Below are positions 39,438 through 49,118 of a DNA stretch of 64,000 bases, one piece after another (the first letter of the stretch is position 1; the number at the start of each line of letters is the position of its first letter). The notes beneath the pieces were generated by a model that did no database searches, was not told the origin of the DNA, and was given only the letters and a program-made list of their open reading frames with translations. Both the position numbers and the translations under genes were made by a program. The stretch is from Chitinivibrionales bacterium (GTDB lineage Bacteria; Fibrobacterota; Chitinivibrionia; Chitinivibrionales; WJKA01), in the NCBI GenBank assembly GCA_038247415.1, contig JBBRUX010000014.1, positions 1 to 64,000 on the forward strand, in the 5' to 3' direction.

Positions 39438-39733
39438 TGAAAAAGATCCGATGTCTCGATCACACGATGCTTTTTAAGAAGAAAACGGAACTTGATAGCC
39501 GGTGCCTTGCCCTTATTTCCGAGGCTCGGCGCTTGTATGGTCCCATAACGCCGTGTGGTTCGGCAGCCGATTTTAAAGAGTGTTTTATCAAGGTTAATGG
39601 ATCGCTTATCTTTTGGTTTAATAGCCTCGATGGATCAACCCATATCGTTAAAAGTGCAGCAACACGGAGCACAACCCAGCGCATGCCTGCAATAGTTCCC
39701 CGAAAGGCTCCAATGTCTGTGTATATGAATTGA
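39438..39733 (+). CDS. Small hypothetical protein
   Basis: ORF downstream of the predicted promoter; protein-like segment YGPITPCG...CF...LIFWFNSLDGSTH; start codon uncertain. Confidence 0.5.
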
Positions 39734-39843
39734 ACGTACTAGATGCAGCTTGAGATTTTTGAAGTTTATGGGGGGCATCAGGTATTTGCCCCCCTCCCTC
39801 AAAAGCGCCTGGGCGAAGCGCTATTCTGCAGATAAGAAATAAA

Positions 39844-41481
39844 TTACACCTTAAACTGGCTTACGATCTTTTGCAGATTTCCGGCAAGTTGCGCGAGCTC
39901 CTGGCTTCCGTTTTTAATTTGGGTAACTCCTGCCGAAGTGTCCATTGCAGCTTGGTTGACACCTTGAATATTGACCGAGATTTCCGAAAGTCCTTTGGCA
40001 GATTCTCCTACATTGTGGGCCATCTCGGATGATGCCTGGCTTGCTTCGACAATGCTTCTTGCTATTTCGTTGACCGTTGCGCTTTGTTCTTCTACGGCAC
40101 TAACAATTGTTTGACTGATAGTATTAATTTCGTCGATAATGCTTGTTATTTCTTGGATTGCAGAGAGTGACGTGTCGGTATTGGTTTGCATGTGCGCTAC
40201 TTGGGTGCGAATCTGTTCTGTTGCCTGGGAAGTTTGCCGGGCAAGGTCTTTAACTTCACTTGCTACCACGGCAAAGCCTTTGCCGGCATCTCCAGCACTT
40301 GCTGCCTCTATGGTTGCATTAAGGGCTAATAAATTTGTCTGGTCTGCAATGTCGTTTATTATTTCTATGACTTTTCCAATTTCACGGGATGATCTGCCAA
40401 GTCGTTCCATTTGTTCTCGGGTCGATTGTGCTTGAGCATTTGCTTTGGATGCTATGACACTCTCTTTTTGACAATTTTTTGCGACTTCGTTAAGGGATGC
40501 GCTCATTTCCTCTATTGATGTTGCTACCGATGAAACCGTAGTAGAAACGATTTCTGCGGATGTTGACATGCCGTTAATATTTGCAGTTGATTCTTCGGTT
40601 GCTGCGGCCACAGTGCGGCTTTGAGCCGACATTTCTTCTGCATTGGCCGCGATTTGAACAGCATACGCCGATTGCTTTTCGGAAGAGCCTAAAAGGGTTG
40701 TGGTGTGATTAGCAATAGATTGTATCATGCCATGCAGCTTCTCGATAAACGTGTTAAATAAGCGAGCTTGTTCGCCGAGTTCATCGTGTGACTGTATCGA
40801 AAGCCGATGCGTTAGGTCTCCTTCTCCTTGTGCGATATCCTTGAGCATGGTGATTGATTGGCGGAGGGTCTGCGTAATTGACCTTGTAAGAATGATGCCA
40901 GCAAATATTATTCCGAGTATGATTATGAGCACAATTACTGTAATAACCGTTATTGTTACAAAGGTTTTAGTTGTTGCTTTAAGTTCTTGATCCAGACGCT
41001 CTTTTTGACTCTTTGCATTGAGTATATCGACCGCTTTTAAAAAATGAGAATAGCACGGTGCAGATTCAGAGATAAAACGCTCCTGAGCTCCGGCATAGTC
41101 GCCTTGCAGAAGCAACGCAATAACAGGCGTATTAGCCGCCTTAAGTTTGGCTAGGCTTGGGTGCAAAATACTTTTAGTTGCGTCAACGGTATCTGCTTGG
41201 TTGAATGCTTGAGATATGTTGAGTGAATCAAGAATGAGCAGGCTCTCTATAGTATCGGTATCTCTTTCTCGCAGAAGCCGTTGCATTGCGCTTTGGGCAT
41301 TTGAAACATGGCTGATCATATCGAGTAAACATGAAGCTTGTTGTGCCTGGTTCAAAAACTGATTTCTTCCAGCATTAATGGATGAGTTAAGGAGTAGTGA
41401 AAAAACCAGTGTGATCAGCAAACTTGTTCCGGTTGTAATCCCGATAAGCAGATAGATTTTTTTAGCGATTGATAGTTTCAT
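39844..41481 (-). CDS. Methyl-accepting chemotaxis protein (2 TM, helical periplasmic domain, HAMP)
   Basis: GEGDLTHRL...[46 protein letters not shown] hairpin tip. Confidence 0.93.
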   Translation of the reverse strand: MKLSIAKKIYLLIGITTGTSLLITLVFSLLLNSSINAGRNQFLNQAQQASCLLDMISHVSNAQSAMQRLLRERDTDTIESLLILDSLNISQAFNQADTVDATKSILHPSLAKLKAANTPVIALLLQGDYAGAQERFISESAPCYSHFLKAVDILNAKSQKERLDQELKATTKTFVTITVITVIVLIIILGIIFAGIILTRSITQTLRQSITMLKDIAQGEGDLTHRLSIQSHDELGEQARLFNTFIEKLHGMIQSIANHTTTLLGSSEKQSAYAVQIAANAEEMSAQSRTVAAATEESTANINGMSTSAEIVSTTVSSVATSIEEMSASLNEVAKNCQKESVIASKANAQAQSTREQMERLGRSSREIGKVIEIINDIADQTNLLALNATIEAASAGDAGKGFAVVASEVKDLARQTSQATEQIRTQVAHMQTNTDTSLSAIQEITSIIDEINTISQTIVSAVEEQSATVNEIARSIVEASQASSEMAHNVGESAKGLSEISVNIQGVNQAAMDTSAGVTQIKNGSQELAQLAGNLQKIVSQFKV

Positions 41482-41562
41482 ACTCATCCCTTTTGAAATT
41501 CTCATGTTTCTTGAAAAAGAAAACAAATCAGGCAAACATATACAGAGTTCTTGTAAGCAGAA

Positions 41563-41592
41563 AAAGACAAGGAAAAAATTTTCCTTGTCTTT
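41563..41592 (-). terminator. Intra-operonic hairpin between the Cache gene and the MCP
   Basis: AAAGACAAGGAAAA-aa-TTTTCCTTGTCTTT perfect stem with a short U-tract on the minus strand. Confidence 0.6.
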
Positions 41593-41616
41593 ACTAGATA
41601 AATTTTCTAGTATCGC

Positions 41617-42162
41617 TTATAGCTTTGTTACAGCCAGCCCAAATACTATCGATCCAATAGGCATTTTTCCATCAAGAACCGGAATTGCAATTTGAACCGA
41701 TTGAACACCAGTCGATTCGTCAATTTCTACAGATCCTACCCAATTTTTACCGGTCATGGGGAGATCGTGCTTTGGCTTGCCTTTATGTATCCAGCTCGTT
41801 GTTTTGGACAAATAGGCAACTTTTGAGCCATCCGCAGCGTTAACAAAGAGTTCTGTAACGCACTCTTCTTTTTTCCCCTTGATATACGTGGCCAATTCAT
41901 TTTTGGCAAGTGCTTTAACTTCTGGAGAAAGAAGGGTTAATGTTTTCCAGGTATCATTTGTCATTGCCTTGATTTCTGCAGGTGGCGTGGTATTGTTTGC
42001 CTTAACCGCAGCCACTATGGTTGCATCGGTAGACCACGAAGCATACGCTGCAACCTTGGCATCAACTTTTGCTTGCACTGCAGCAGGCAAGAGGTCTGCC
42101 GCAAAAACACCCGTTACAAACGCACAGTATATACTTGCTGCTGTTACTATTTTAAGATTCAT
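41617..42162 (-). CDS. Stand-alone periplasmic Cache/PDC sensor-domain protein
   Basis: Signal peptide (VFA-A), no other TM; ELFVNAADGSKVA...VGSVEIDESTG...QIAIPVLDG...IGSIVFGL. Confidence 0.7.
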   Translation of the reverse strand: MNLKIVTAASIYCAFVTGVFAADLLPAAVQAKVDAKVAAYASWSTDATIVAAVKANNTTPPAEIKAMTNDTWKTLTLLSPEVKALAKNELATYIKGKKEECVTELFVNAADGSKVAYLSKTTSWIHKGKPKHDLPMTGKNWVGSVEIDESTGVQSVQIAIPVLDGKMPIGSIVFGLAVTKL

Positions 42163-42185
42163 ACTAAAACTCCTAAAAAAAATAT

Positions 42186-43235
42186 TTATTTAAGCTGTGA
42201 TGTAAATCGAACTCCAAGGCGGACATCGCCAGTTTTAATGCCCGTATTGTCTGAGCCAAGGCCAACTTGAAAGCGAGCCCGGGTACCAAGCTTTTTGTCG
42301 AGGTATACATCCCATTGTAAATCATCCTTTTTGCCGGGACGGTCTTTCATGATTTCGAATTCTGCTGTTAGATTGTTGAGGATGCCACCCGTTGGAATGG
42401 TTGTTCCGAAAGTAATAGGAGTTTGCGTAGTGTCAACAGCATCTGTTTTGTTTGGCATTTTTGCTTTGGCCAGAATACCAACTTCAATAAAGGGTTTAAG
42501 ATCTTTAATAATAGTGTAATCTGCAACGATGCTTACTCGGCTATCGATTTTTGCATCTTTGTTGTAAGCCAAGTCAAACACATTTGCGCGATACCCTACG
42601 CCAAAATTGAGGTCCTTGATAGGGGCAATTTCTTCGTAGATACGCAGATACCCGGTGTTGAGCTTGACATCGGATACACCCAGTAATACTGACGAAGAGA
42701 GAATAAAAATCTTGTTTGAAGCTTCAAAAGCATTGTGATACGCTAACTTTCCCATAAATGCACCGCCTGCATCTTGGTCGAGATAGTTACCGAATTGAAG
42801 TGTTTTTGAGCTGGTGGTATAAAATCTACCTGTTTTAAGATCGATATATTTCCATGAATATTTTACCCAGGCCTGCTCTACCTGAAATTTGGCAATAGGG
42901 GTTGTGCTTACCTTGGCCGATATCGTGTCTGTTGAATCTTTCCATGCAAATCCTGTGAGAGGTGCATAGCCAAACCCTTCGGGAAATGCACGAATATTAA
43001 GTTCTGAAGAAAAGTCCGATGCTTTGCATTTTGCGCCAAAATTGAAGCGACCCCACAGTTCGTCTAAGTTGTCTTTTACCTTGTTATCCCAGAATGCGCG
43101 CTGGGCTTGTACTTGCACAGAACCTGTAAGATCGAGCGTTGGTTTTTCAGCAGCCGACGGAGCTGCAGGTTTATCTGCTGCGATAAGCGAGCATGCAAAT
43201 ACAGCTGCTATTGATAGGCTTTTAATACAATTCAT
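42186..43235 (-). CDS. Outer-membrane beta-barrel (porin-like) protein
   Basis: Signal peptide; amphipathic strands such as FQVEQAWVKY and DLKTGRF; terminal RLGVRFTSQLK. Confidence 0.65.
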   Translation of the reverse strand: MNCIKSLSIAAVFACSLIAADKPAAPSAAEKPTLDLTGSVQVQAQRAFWDNKVKDNLDELWGRFNFGAKCKASDFSSELNIRAFPEGFGYAPLTGFAWKDSTDTISAKVSTTPIAKFQVEQAWVKYSWKYIDLKTGRFYTTSSKTLQFGNYLDQDAGGAFMGKLAYHNAFEASNKIFILSSSVLLGVSDVKLNTGYLRIYEEIAPIKDLNFGVGYRANVFDLAYNKDAKIDSRVSIVADYTIIKDLKPFIEVGILAKAKMPNKTDAVDTTQTPITFGTTIPTGGILNNLTAEFEIMKDRPGKKDDLQWDVYLDKKLGTRARFQVGLGSDNTGIKTGDVRLGVRFTSQLK

Positions 43236-43294
43236 CTATGATCTCCTTAAAAAACGTTTCGGATTTAAATTAAGAATGCATTAAAACTAAAGCT

Positions 43295-43333
43295 TCAACA
43301 GGTATTTGTTAGAGTAACTCCGCCAGATTTCAT
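43295..43333 (-). CDS. Candidate 12-aa upstream ORF / leader peptide MKSGGVTLTNTC
   Basis: SD AAGGAG (43340-43345) 6 nt before the ATG; located in the predicted 5' leader of the porin operon. Confidence 0.4.
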   Translation of the reverse strand: MKSGGVTLTNTC

Positions 43334-43423
43334 GCGAATCTCCTTGTAAAGGTAAAGAGCATTTATCTTTGCGTGATTGTTGAATGCATAAGAATAGCAG
43401 TGCAATGATTAGTGCAAAGGTTA

Positions 43424-43452
43424 ACTATACCGATATAAATTAAGGGAGTCAA
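43424..43452 (-). promoter_or_regulatory. Sigma70-type promoter of the porin-Cache-MCP operon
   Basis: Minus strand TTGACT-N17-TATAGT; tandem TTGCACT direct repeats (43399-43405, 43411-43417) just downstream. Confidence 0.6.
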
Positions 43453-43527
43453 TAGTTTAATTGTTAAGGAAGTCGCAAAAAAGATACTGTAGGCAGAAAG
43501 CTTTTATGGGGCAATGTAGGATGCCTG

Positions 43528-43560
43528 CACAGCAAAGAGACTGTAAGTCTCTTTGCTGTG
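43528..43560 (-). terminator. Hairpin downstream of the Rieske gene
   Basis: CACAGCAAAGAGAC-tgtaa-GTCTCTTTGCTGTG perfect 14-bp stem; no clear U-tract. Confidence 0.55.
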
Positions 43561-43566
43561 TAAATG

Positions 43567-44025
43567 TTACTGTTGGTTTTTAATCTCTATAATTGTTCCG
43601 TTTAGTGTGGCTGCGTAAGGAGTTAGGTCTTTTTTTGCAGGTCCATGGGTAACTTTGCCATGCGCATCAAATGTTGCTTTATGGCAAGGGCAGGTTGCCA
43701 CGCCCTGTATCGGAATGCCAACCTCGCAGCCGAGATGAGTACATTTCGATGAATATGCCGCTACTTCTGTTTCGGAGATTCGCGTAACAATTATGGGTTT
43801 TGCGTTACCTTTTGGTGCAGGAATTTTTACCGATCCACCGGGTTGAGCCAGCGCCTGGTATTGTGGATTGGTAAGGTCTAACAGTATTGGCGTGGGCAAT
43901 GCCGGTGATGCTCCGCCCATTGCGTTTGCAGTGCCTGCTGAAAATTGACTAATTATCGCTGCTCCAAGAGCAGTTGTGCCTAAAACTTTGGCAAAATCAC
44001 GACGTGACATTTCTTTTGTCGACAT
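43567..44025 (-). CDS. Tat-exported Rieske [2Fe-2S] protein
   Basis: SRRDFAK twin-arginine signal; CTHLGC and CPCH boxes; SD AAGGAG before ATG 44025. Confidence 0.88.
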   Translation of the reverse strand: MSTKEMSRRDFAKVLGTTALGAAIISQFSAGTANAMGGASPALPTPILLDLTNPQYQALAQPGGSVKIPAPKGNAKPIIVTRISETEVAAYSSKCTHLGCEVGIPIQGVATCPCHKATFDAHGKVTHGPAKKDLTPYAATLNGTIIEIKNQQ

Positions 44026-44257
44026 GGGGGCTCCTTTGTACTTAAAAATCAATGGATAGAACTTATTTACTAACCCTATAAATATATGTATAGTACGCAG
44101 TGTGAAATTGTCGAATTTTCTTTTTTTGGGGGTGGCTTTTCTAAATTCATTATGAAGGATTGATTTTTTTTTGCAATAGCCTTTTTCCTGCAACAAAGCT
44201 CTTCTTTGAAGCGTATATCTTAAAGTGAGTTAGACTAATACATTTTAAGGAGGAATT

Positions 44258-45328
44258 ATGCGCTATTTTTTAATGCCTTTATCGCTTTCGCTGGTAGTAG
44301 CTCTCGCAATCATTTCGTGTAATACCGATACTGGTATGAATCAGATGAATATGAATGCAGGTAGCTATACGACGACGCCCTTGGCAAAAGCGATCGACTT
44401 TGATGCTATATATGTGGTAAATGGTGAAAGCCATTCAATTTCGGTGATTAACGCTGCTACAAATCAGGTTGCAGGAACTATTGCAATGAATAATGTAACT
44501 TTTCCACATCATGTGTCCCTTTCGCCAGATGGCCTTAAGCTAAGTCTGGGGGTTCCTGGTCAGGATTTTAGTATGGGGCACATGGGTGGTATGATGGATG
44601 CAATGGGTGCTGTAATGGTTCTTGATGCTAAAACTGGCGCGCTTATAAAAGCAAAAAGCATTATGTCGATGAATCATAATGCTGCGTTTGACCCAACCGG
44701 AAACGAAATTTGGACATGTGGAATGATGACAGCCGGCATGCTCTATATAATGAATGGTACAAGTCTTGCTATTACCGATTCTATTGCAGTTGGAAATACT
44801 CCACAGGAAGTCAGTTTTGCCCCTGGCGGTCGGTATGCGTTCGTGTGTAATGGCGGTTCGCATAATGTCATGGTTATAGATCATATGACAAAACAGTTGG
44901 TTAAGACGATTGATGTTGGTACTAATCCTGTAGGCGCATGGCCAGGCTCAAATGGCATGATGTATGTTGATAATGAGGATAGTAAAACAGTAAGCGCCAT
45001 TGACACGGGAACACTTACAGTAACGCGCACCTATAATCTTGGCTTTACTCCGGGCATGGTTGCATGCGGCCCGAATCGAGAGCTATGGATAACCAATGAA
45101 GACAGTGGAAGTGTTGTGATTAATAGTGTAGACAAAGATTCGGTGATCGCACGCTGTGCAACCGGAGCTGGAGCACATGGAATAGTTTTTAATGCCGATG
45201 CGTCTAAAGCGTATGTTACCAATCAGCTCGCACATACTGTATCGGTGATTGATGCAAGTACTAAGCAGGTTGTTACAACGATTCAGGTTGGTCAAAAGCC
45301 AAATGGCCTCTGTTTCAGAAAAAATTAA
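44258..45328 (+). CDS. YncE/YVTN-type beta-propeller lipoprotein, Met/His-rich
   Basis: Lipobox IISC; YVVNG, FVCNG and YVTN repeats; MNQMNMN and MGHMGGMMDAMG segments. Confidence 0.8.
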   Translation: MRYFLMPLSLSLVVALAIISCNTDTGMNQMNMNAGSYTTTPLAKAIDFDAIYVVNGESHSISVINAATNQVAGTIAMNNVTFPHHVSLSPDGLKLSLGVPGQDFSMGHMGGMMDAMGAVMVLDAKTGALIKAKSIMSMNHNAAFDPTGNEIWTCGMMTAGMLYIMNGTSLAITDSIAVGNTPQEVSFAPGGRYAFVCNGGSHNVMVIDHMTKQLVKTIDVGTNPVGAWPGSNGMMYVDNEDSKTVSAIDTGTLTVTRTYNLGFTPGMVACGPNRELWITNEDSGSVVINSVDKDSVIARCATGAGAHGIVFNADASKAYVTNQLAHTVSVIDASTKQVVTTIQVGQKPNGLCFRKN

Positions 45329-45380
45329 GAATTTATTGACGATTTGGTAAAAAACATGTAACTTTTTCGAGGGGGAATGT

Positions 45381-45884
45381 ATGAAATTGTTTTCTTCGCG
45401 TAGTGTGTATGTTATTGCAGCCGGTGCTCTTTCGCTTGCTATGGTGTCGTCTGGGTTTGCCCAGGCAGATAAGGTCGTTTCTAAAGATACTGCAAAGGCA
45501 AGTCCCGCTGTACCTAAACTTAAACCACAAACCAAGTGCCCTATTCAGGGTGACGCTATCAATAAAAAGCTCTTTGTAGATGCAGATGGCAAACGTATTT
45601 ATGTTTGTTGCGAAGCGTGTTTGCCTGAAGTAAAGAAAGATCCACAAGCGGCTATAAAGAAGCTCGAAGTGATGGGTCAAGAACCGATATCAATTGCCAT
45701 GGCTACAAGTGAGAAAAAAGAAACTCCTGCAGTATCTGGATATTACACCTGTCCAATGCATCCCGAAATTCATGATGCCGCTGCAGGAAAGTGTCCTAAA
45801 TGCGGGATGAATCTGGAGTTCAAGAAAGAAGCCCCTGCAGCCAAGACTCCTGCTAAAATGGATCATTCAAATATGAAGATGTAA
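45381..45884 (+). CDS. Periplasmic YHS/TRASH-like plus heavy-metal-binding-domain protein
   Basis: Signal peptide; KCPIQG...YVCCEAC; YTCPMHP...CPKCGM; tail MDHSNMKM. Confidence 0.8.
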   Translation: MKLFSSRSVYVIAAGALSLAMVSSGFAQADKVVSKDTAKASPAVPKLKPQTKCPIQGDAINKKLFVDADGKRIYVCCEACLPEVKKDPQAAIKKLEVMGQEPISIAMATSEKKETPAVSGYYTCPMHPEIHDAAAGKCPKCGMNLEFKKEAPAAKTPAKMDHSNMKM

Positions 45885-45925
45885 GAGAAGGTTGTTTTCT
45901 TAGAGTAAACTTTGGTAGAGTATTT

Positions 45926-45965
45926 AAAAGTTCAGCAAGAATAATTTTTTGCTGAACTTTTTTTT
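45926..45965 (+). terminator. Intrinsic terminator
   Basis: AAAAGTTCAGCAAGA...TTTTGCTGAACTTTT followed by a T-run. Confidence 0.8.
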
Positions 45966-46169
45966 GTCTGTTGAAAGGGTAAAAAATGGCCGATCAGATT
46001 ATTAATAAGCCATATAAAATGTTGGAAGTCTACGATGTACCAACGATGCCAGAAAATTTGCCAACGACGGAGAGTAATAAGAAGGTTGAGAGCCGCGTAA
46101 GAAAGAGTGGAAAAAGGCTTGGTTGATAAATTTATGCGAGTTGGAGTGGTATGATATTTTTTGCAAAGG

Positions 46170-46891
46170 TTATCGAACGTAAGAAGCCGATTCCTTAACA
46201 CGCCCATATATAGCATTAGCAAGAGCATTGCAAGAAATGCGCCCACTTGAATCGGATACTAGTCTGGCTTGTAAATTTACTTTGAGCGTAGCAATATCTT
46301 TTAGGGACAGAGTGGCTAACACCGGTATAAAAGCTGGACCTTTTTGAACTATCGACCAATATTCCTCAAAATTGGCGAAGGTTCGATGCACGCTTATTTC
46401 TTTTGTAAAAATAGTCGTTAAGCCTGCCCCCTTCCAATACGCTTTCATCGTTTCAATTTGTGATGCTCCGGGATTTGGTGGTTCAGGAACTGTGATCCCC
46501 ATTGCTCGTAGCTCTTCTTGGAATGGATAATAAGGAAACCCACCCCCTAGTAAATCCCAACCATACGCAGAAACAATGCCACCAGGGCACACTACTCGAG
46601 CCATTTCGGAAACACCCTTTGCAGGGTCGGGAACAAAGAAAATGACAAGGGGCATTACTGCTGCGTCGAAAGAACCGTTGGGGTAGGGTAGCGCCATGGC
46701 ATCACCTTTTTGGAGGCGTGCTCGGTTCAATGCGGGTCGCAAGCCCCATTGCCACAGCCTATATCAACCCAACGCAGACCTGGTTTTGGATGTATCCAAT
46801 CCAGAAAAGCTGTTCCAACAAGGCCGCTCCAGATACCCATATAACTTTCGTACCCAGAGCCATCTTTAAATTGGATTGTATGTGCAGCCAT
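46170..46891 (-). pseudogene. Class I SAM-dependent methyltransferase disrupted by internal deletion/frameshift
   Basis: 5' frame MAAHTIQFKDGSGYESYMGIWS...LRWVDIGCGNGA stops soon after motif I; 3' frame resumes at RPALNRARLQKGDAMALPY...FDAAV; the motif II segment is missing. Confidence 0.8.
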
Positions 46892-46953
46892 TGGGGCGTC
46901 CTATGCGTGACAAAAAAGAATATATAAATGGTATATGGCTCAACAAATAATTC

Positions 46954-47631
46954 TTACATTGCAAATGTAACACCAAGACTCAAATACCCAAACTCGCCCA
47001 TGCCTTCTTCTACAAGCGGAATAGAGGGGACGCTTTCTGCATACAGACCAAACGTGGGTGTTATAAAATAGTGGACACCAACAATTCCCGCTAAAATTGC
47101 ATGGCCATCATGATCCCACGGATCGCCCTGCGCCTTTAATTTGTCTCGTTCAATTTTGTCAATGCTTGCATAGGGTATATATCCGCCCCCAATCCCCACG
47201 TAAACGTCAAGCTTTTTAGAAAGCTCAGAAGCTTGTGCAGGATCGCCAAAATTAAGAACATGCAACGCAACGCGGAGCATCAAAGGAAATCCGATGAATC
47301 GATACGGTACATCCATGGCCATCGATCCAGCATTCATGGTGTCGTTTGGATCCATGTGCATATGTTCCCCATATTTTACTCCAAGCTCTGCGCCAAGAGA
47401 AACGAGGTTATTCATATTTTTATCGAAGGTGATATTGAGATTCCCAACGCCTTCGCCAAGCACATCGAAGGCTGGGGCGATGCCAATATTAAGCACGGCG
47501 GAGGTATTCCGCATGAGGTTGGTATTCTTGACAGGATCTCCCGTCAATGCAGTATTGGCAGTTTCTGCATGTGAAACCAAACTGATTGAAATAATGCAGA
47601 GAGCATTCAAAACCATGGTTCGATGTAGCAT
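46954..47631 (-). CDS. Small outer-membrane beta-barrel with His/Met-rich loop
   Basis: Signal peptide (SHA-E); DVYVGIGGGY, GVHYFIT, terminal LSLGVTFAM; loop EHMHMDPNDTMNAGSMAM. Confidence 0.65.
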   Translation of the reverse strand: MLHRTMVLNALCIISISLVSHAETANTALTGDPVKNTNLMRNTSAVLNIGIAPAFDVLGEGVGNLNITFDKNMNNLVSLGAELGVKYGEHMHMDPNDTMNAGSMAMDVPYRFIGFPLMLRVALHVLNFGDPAQASELSKKLDVYVGIGGGYIPYASIDKIERDKLKAQGDPWDHDGHAILAGIVGVHYFITPTFGLYAESVPSIPLVEEGMGEFGYLSLGVTFAM

Positions 47632-47772
47632 ATAAATCCTTTCATGAAAGGTCATGTTTTTCTGAAAATGTTTAAACGTAAGCAAAACTCGCATCCCGTG
47701 TCTGGTTAAAACCAAAAGAGGCAGTTCTTCAAAAATTGCCCGAATAGTGGAGGTTATGCGCTGTGAGATTTT

Positions 47773-48702
47773 TCATTGCGACAAAACTGGTATATACGCT
47801 AATACTGACGCCCTCAGCCCAAAGCTTGAACCACTTTTCCGTTGAGTGGCATCACGCCATACGGGAATTTCTCCTTCGACAAGCGCTTTGACGTGTTCAT
47901 GCAATTCAAAAGTGATGGAGGGAAGAATGTCCAGACGGTTGCCTGACGTTGACACTTCTTTTGCTCCATAGACGTCCACCGTTGTTCCACTTGTTTTATA
48001 ATTGAGAGACATCGACTCGTGGGTAATCCAGAAAGGCCCGGCACTCAGTGAAACCAGTGCGCTTGCTTCGTTTCCAGGGCTTTCGTTGCGACGATTTTTA
48101 AATTTCAACCTTCCGGCGGCCATTGATGAAACAGTCAGGTATTGAACAGGAAATGCTCTGCTGTATGAAACAAACCCGCCAAAAGTAAAGGCTCCGCTCC
48201 CTGTCTGCATATCCTTAGAAAGGAGGGCGTTGTCTTGTATCTTCTGATCGGGTGCCCAAGGAATACCAATGTCGGCACCGGTTTTAAGCTCTTGTTTAGA
48301 AAGCGGAGTCAGAGGAATGAGGGTCAATTGGGCACCAAGCAGGCCATCGCCAAAGTCGTTGTTGTCAGAAATAATCGTACGAGATTGACTAAATACCGAA
48401 TCGTTATAAATAACTGCTGGCTGGAATTTTTTTGAATGTATCCACGCATAGCTAGATTTGACCGATACCGAAATTCTGCTTGTAATGCCATACGCGATAG
48501 TCAATGATGCATCGGTTTTGTATCCAGCTGGAGAATCGATCATCGCATAGTTGGGACCAGCCTGAATAAAAAGCGTTCCGTGCGAAAGTGTTGGCGTTCC
48601 ACCAGCTACAAGTAAACTCCCGATTCCGCAACATCCTTGCGCCCAAAGGGGTACAGGCGCAAGGCATATCATAATTAATCCAGCTAGGAATATGTTTTTC
48701 AT
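47773..48702 (-). CDS. Putative outer-membrane transporter (MetA-pathway/'transporter' family) with N-terminal CC
   Basis: Signal peptide followed by QGCCG; LTIAYGITSRISV, DFGDG, MQTGSG, ILPSITF. Confidence 0.6.
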   Translation of the reverse strand: MKNIFLAGLIMICLAPVPLWAQGCCGIGSLLVAGGTPTLSHGTLFIQAGPNYAMIDSPAGYKTDASLTIAYGITSRISVSVKSSYAWIHSKKFQPAVIYNDSVFSQSRTIISDNNDFGDGLLGAQLTLIPLTPLSKQELKTGADIGIPWAPDQKIQDNALLSKDMQTGSGAFTFGGFVSYSRAFPVQYLTVSSMAAGRLKFKNRRNESPGNEASALVSLSAGPFWITHESMSLNYKTSGTTVDVYGAKEVSTSGNRLDILPSITFELHEHVKALVEGEIPVWRDATQRKSGSSFGLRASVLAYIPVLSQ

Positions 48703-48711
48703 ACTTGATCC

Positions 48712-49068
48712 TTACGGGTTAATAATTACCGAATCTTTTGCTATAATTCCCGATTCGTCGGAGAGTGTAACCGCTACAACCGCTTTCCCAAAATGACAGC
48801 TTGGAGATGAAAAAACGCAAATCGAATCCTGTGGAGATAATCTGCCATATGCTCCGGTTGCTGTCCAAGTGAAAATAATGGGCTTGTTGCTACTATTTTT
48901 AACTTTGCAGCTTATAAGGGATGTCCCCCCAGCCGGTACTACTGTTTGTGTTGCAGAAATTGAAGAAATTGAAATTTCTCCGCTGTTTGCCGAAATTGGC
49001 GTTTCAAAACAACCGACAAGAGAAACGCCTAAGATAATGGTACTTAAAAGTAAAGGTATTGATTTCAT
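48712..49068 (-). CDS. Small lipoprotein with Ig/PKD-like fold
   Basis: Lipobox LVGC; beta-rich sequence with IFTWTATG and VAVTLSD. Confidence 0.55.
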   Translation of the reverse strand: MKSIPLLLSTIILGVSLVGCFETPISANSGEISISSISATQTVVPAGGTSLISCKVKNSSNKPIIFTWTATGAYGRLSPQDSICVFSSPSCHFGKAVVAVTLSDESGIIAKDSVIINP

Positions 49069-49118
49069 ATATAATCCTTTTAAAAAGAAATGTGGTGACC
49101 GATAAGAGTCTGAGAAAA

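Noticed and set aside
43236..43420. c-di-GMP or other riboswitch in the porin leader
   Set aside because: ACGCAAA is present, but the paired stems and GAAA tetraloop of GEMM-I could not be formed; an Rfam search would settle it.
45932..46246. 104-aa minus-strand ORF
   Set aside because: It overlaps the methyltransferase remnant and a terminator, and has no recognisable motifs or SD.
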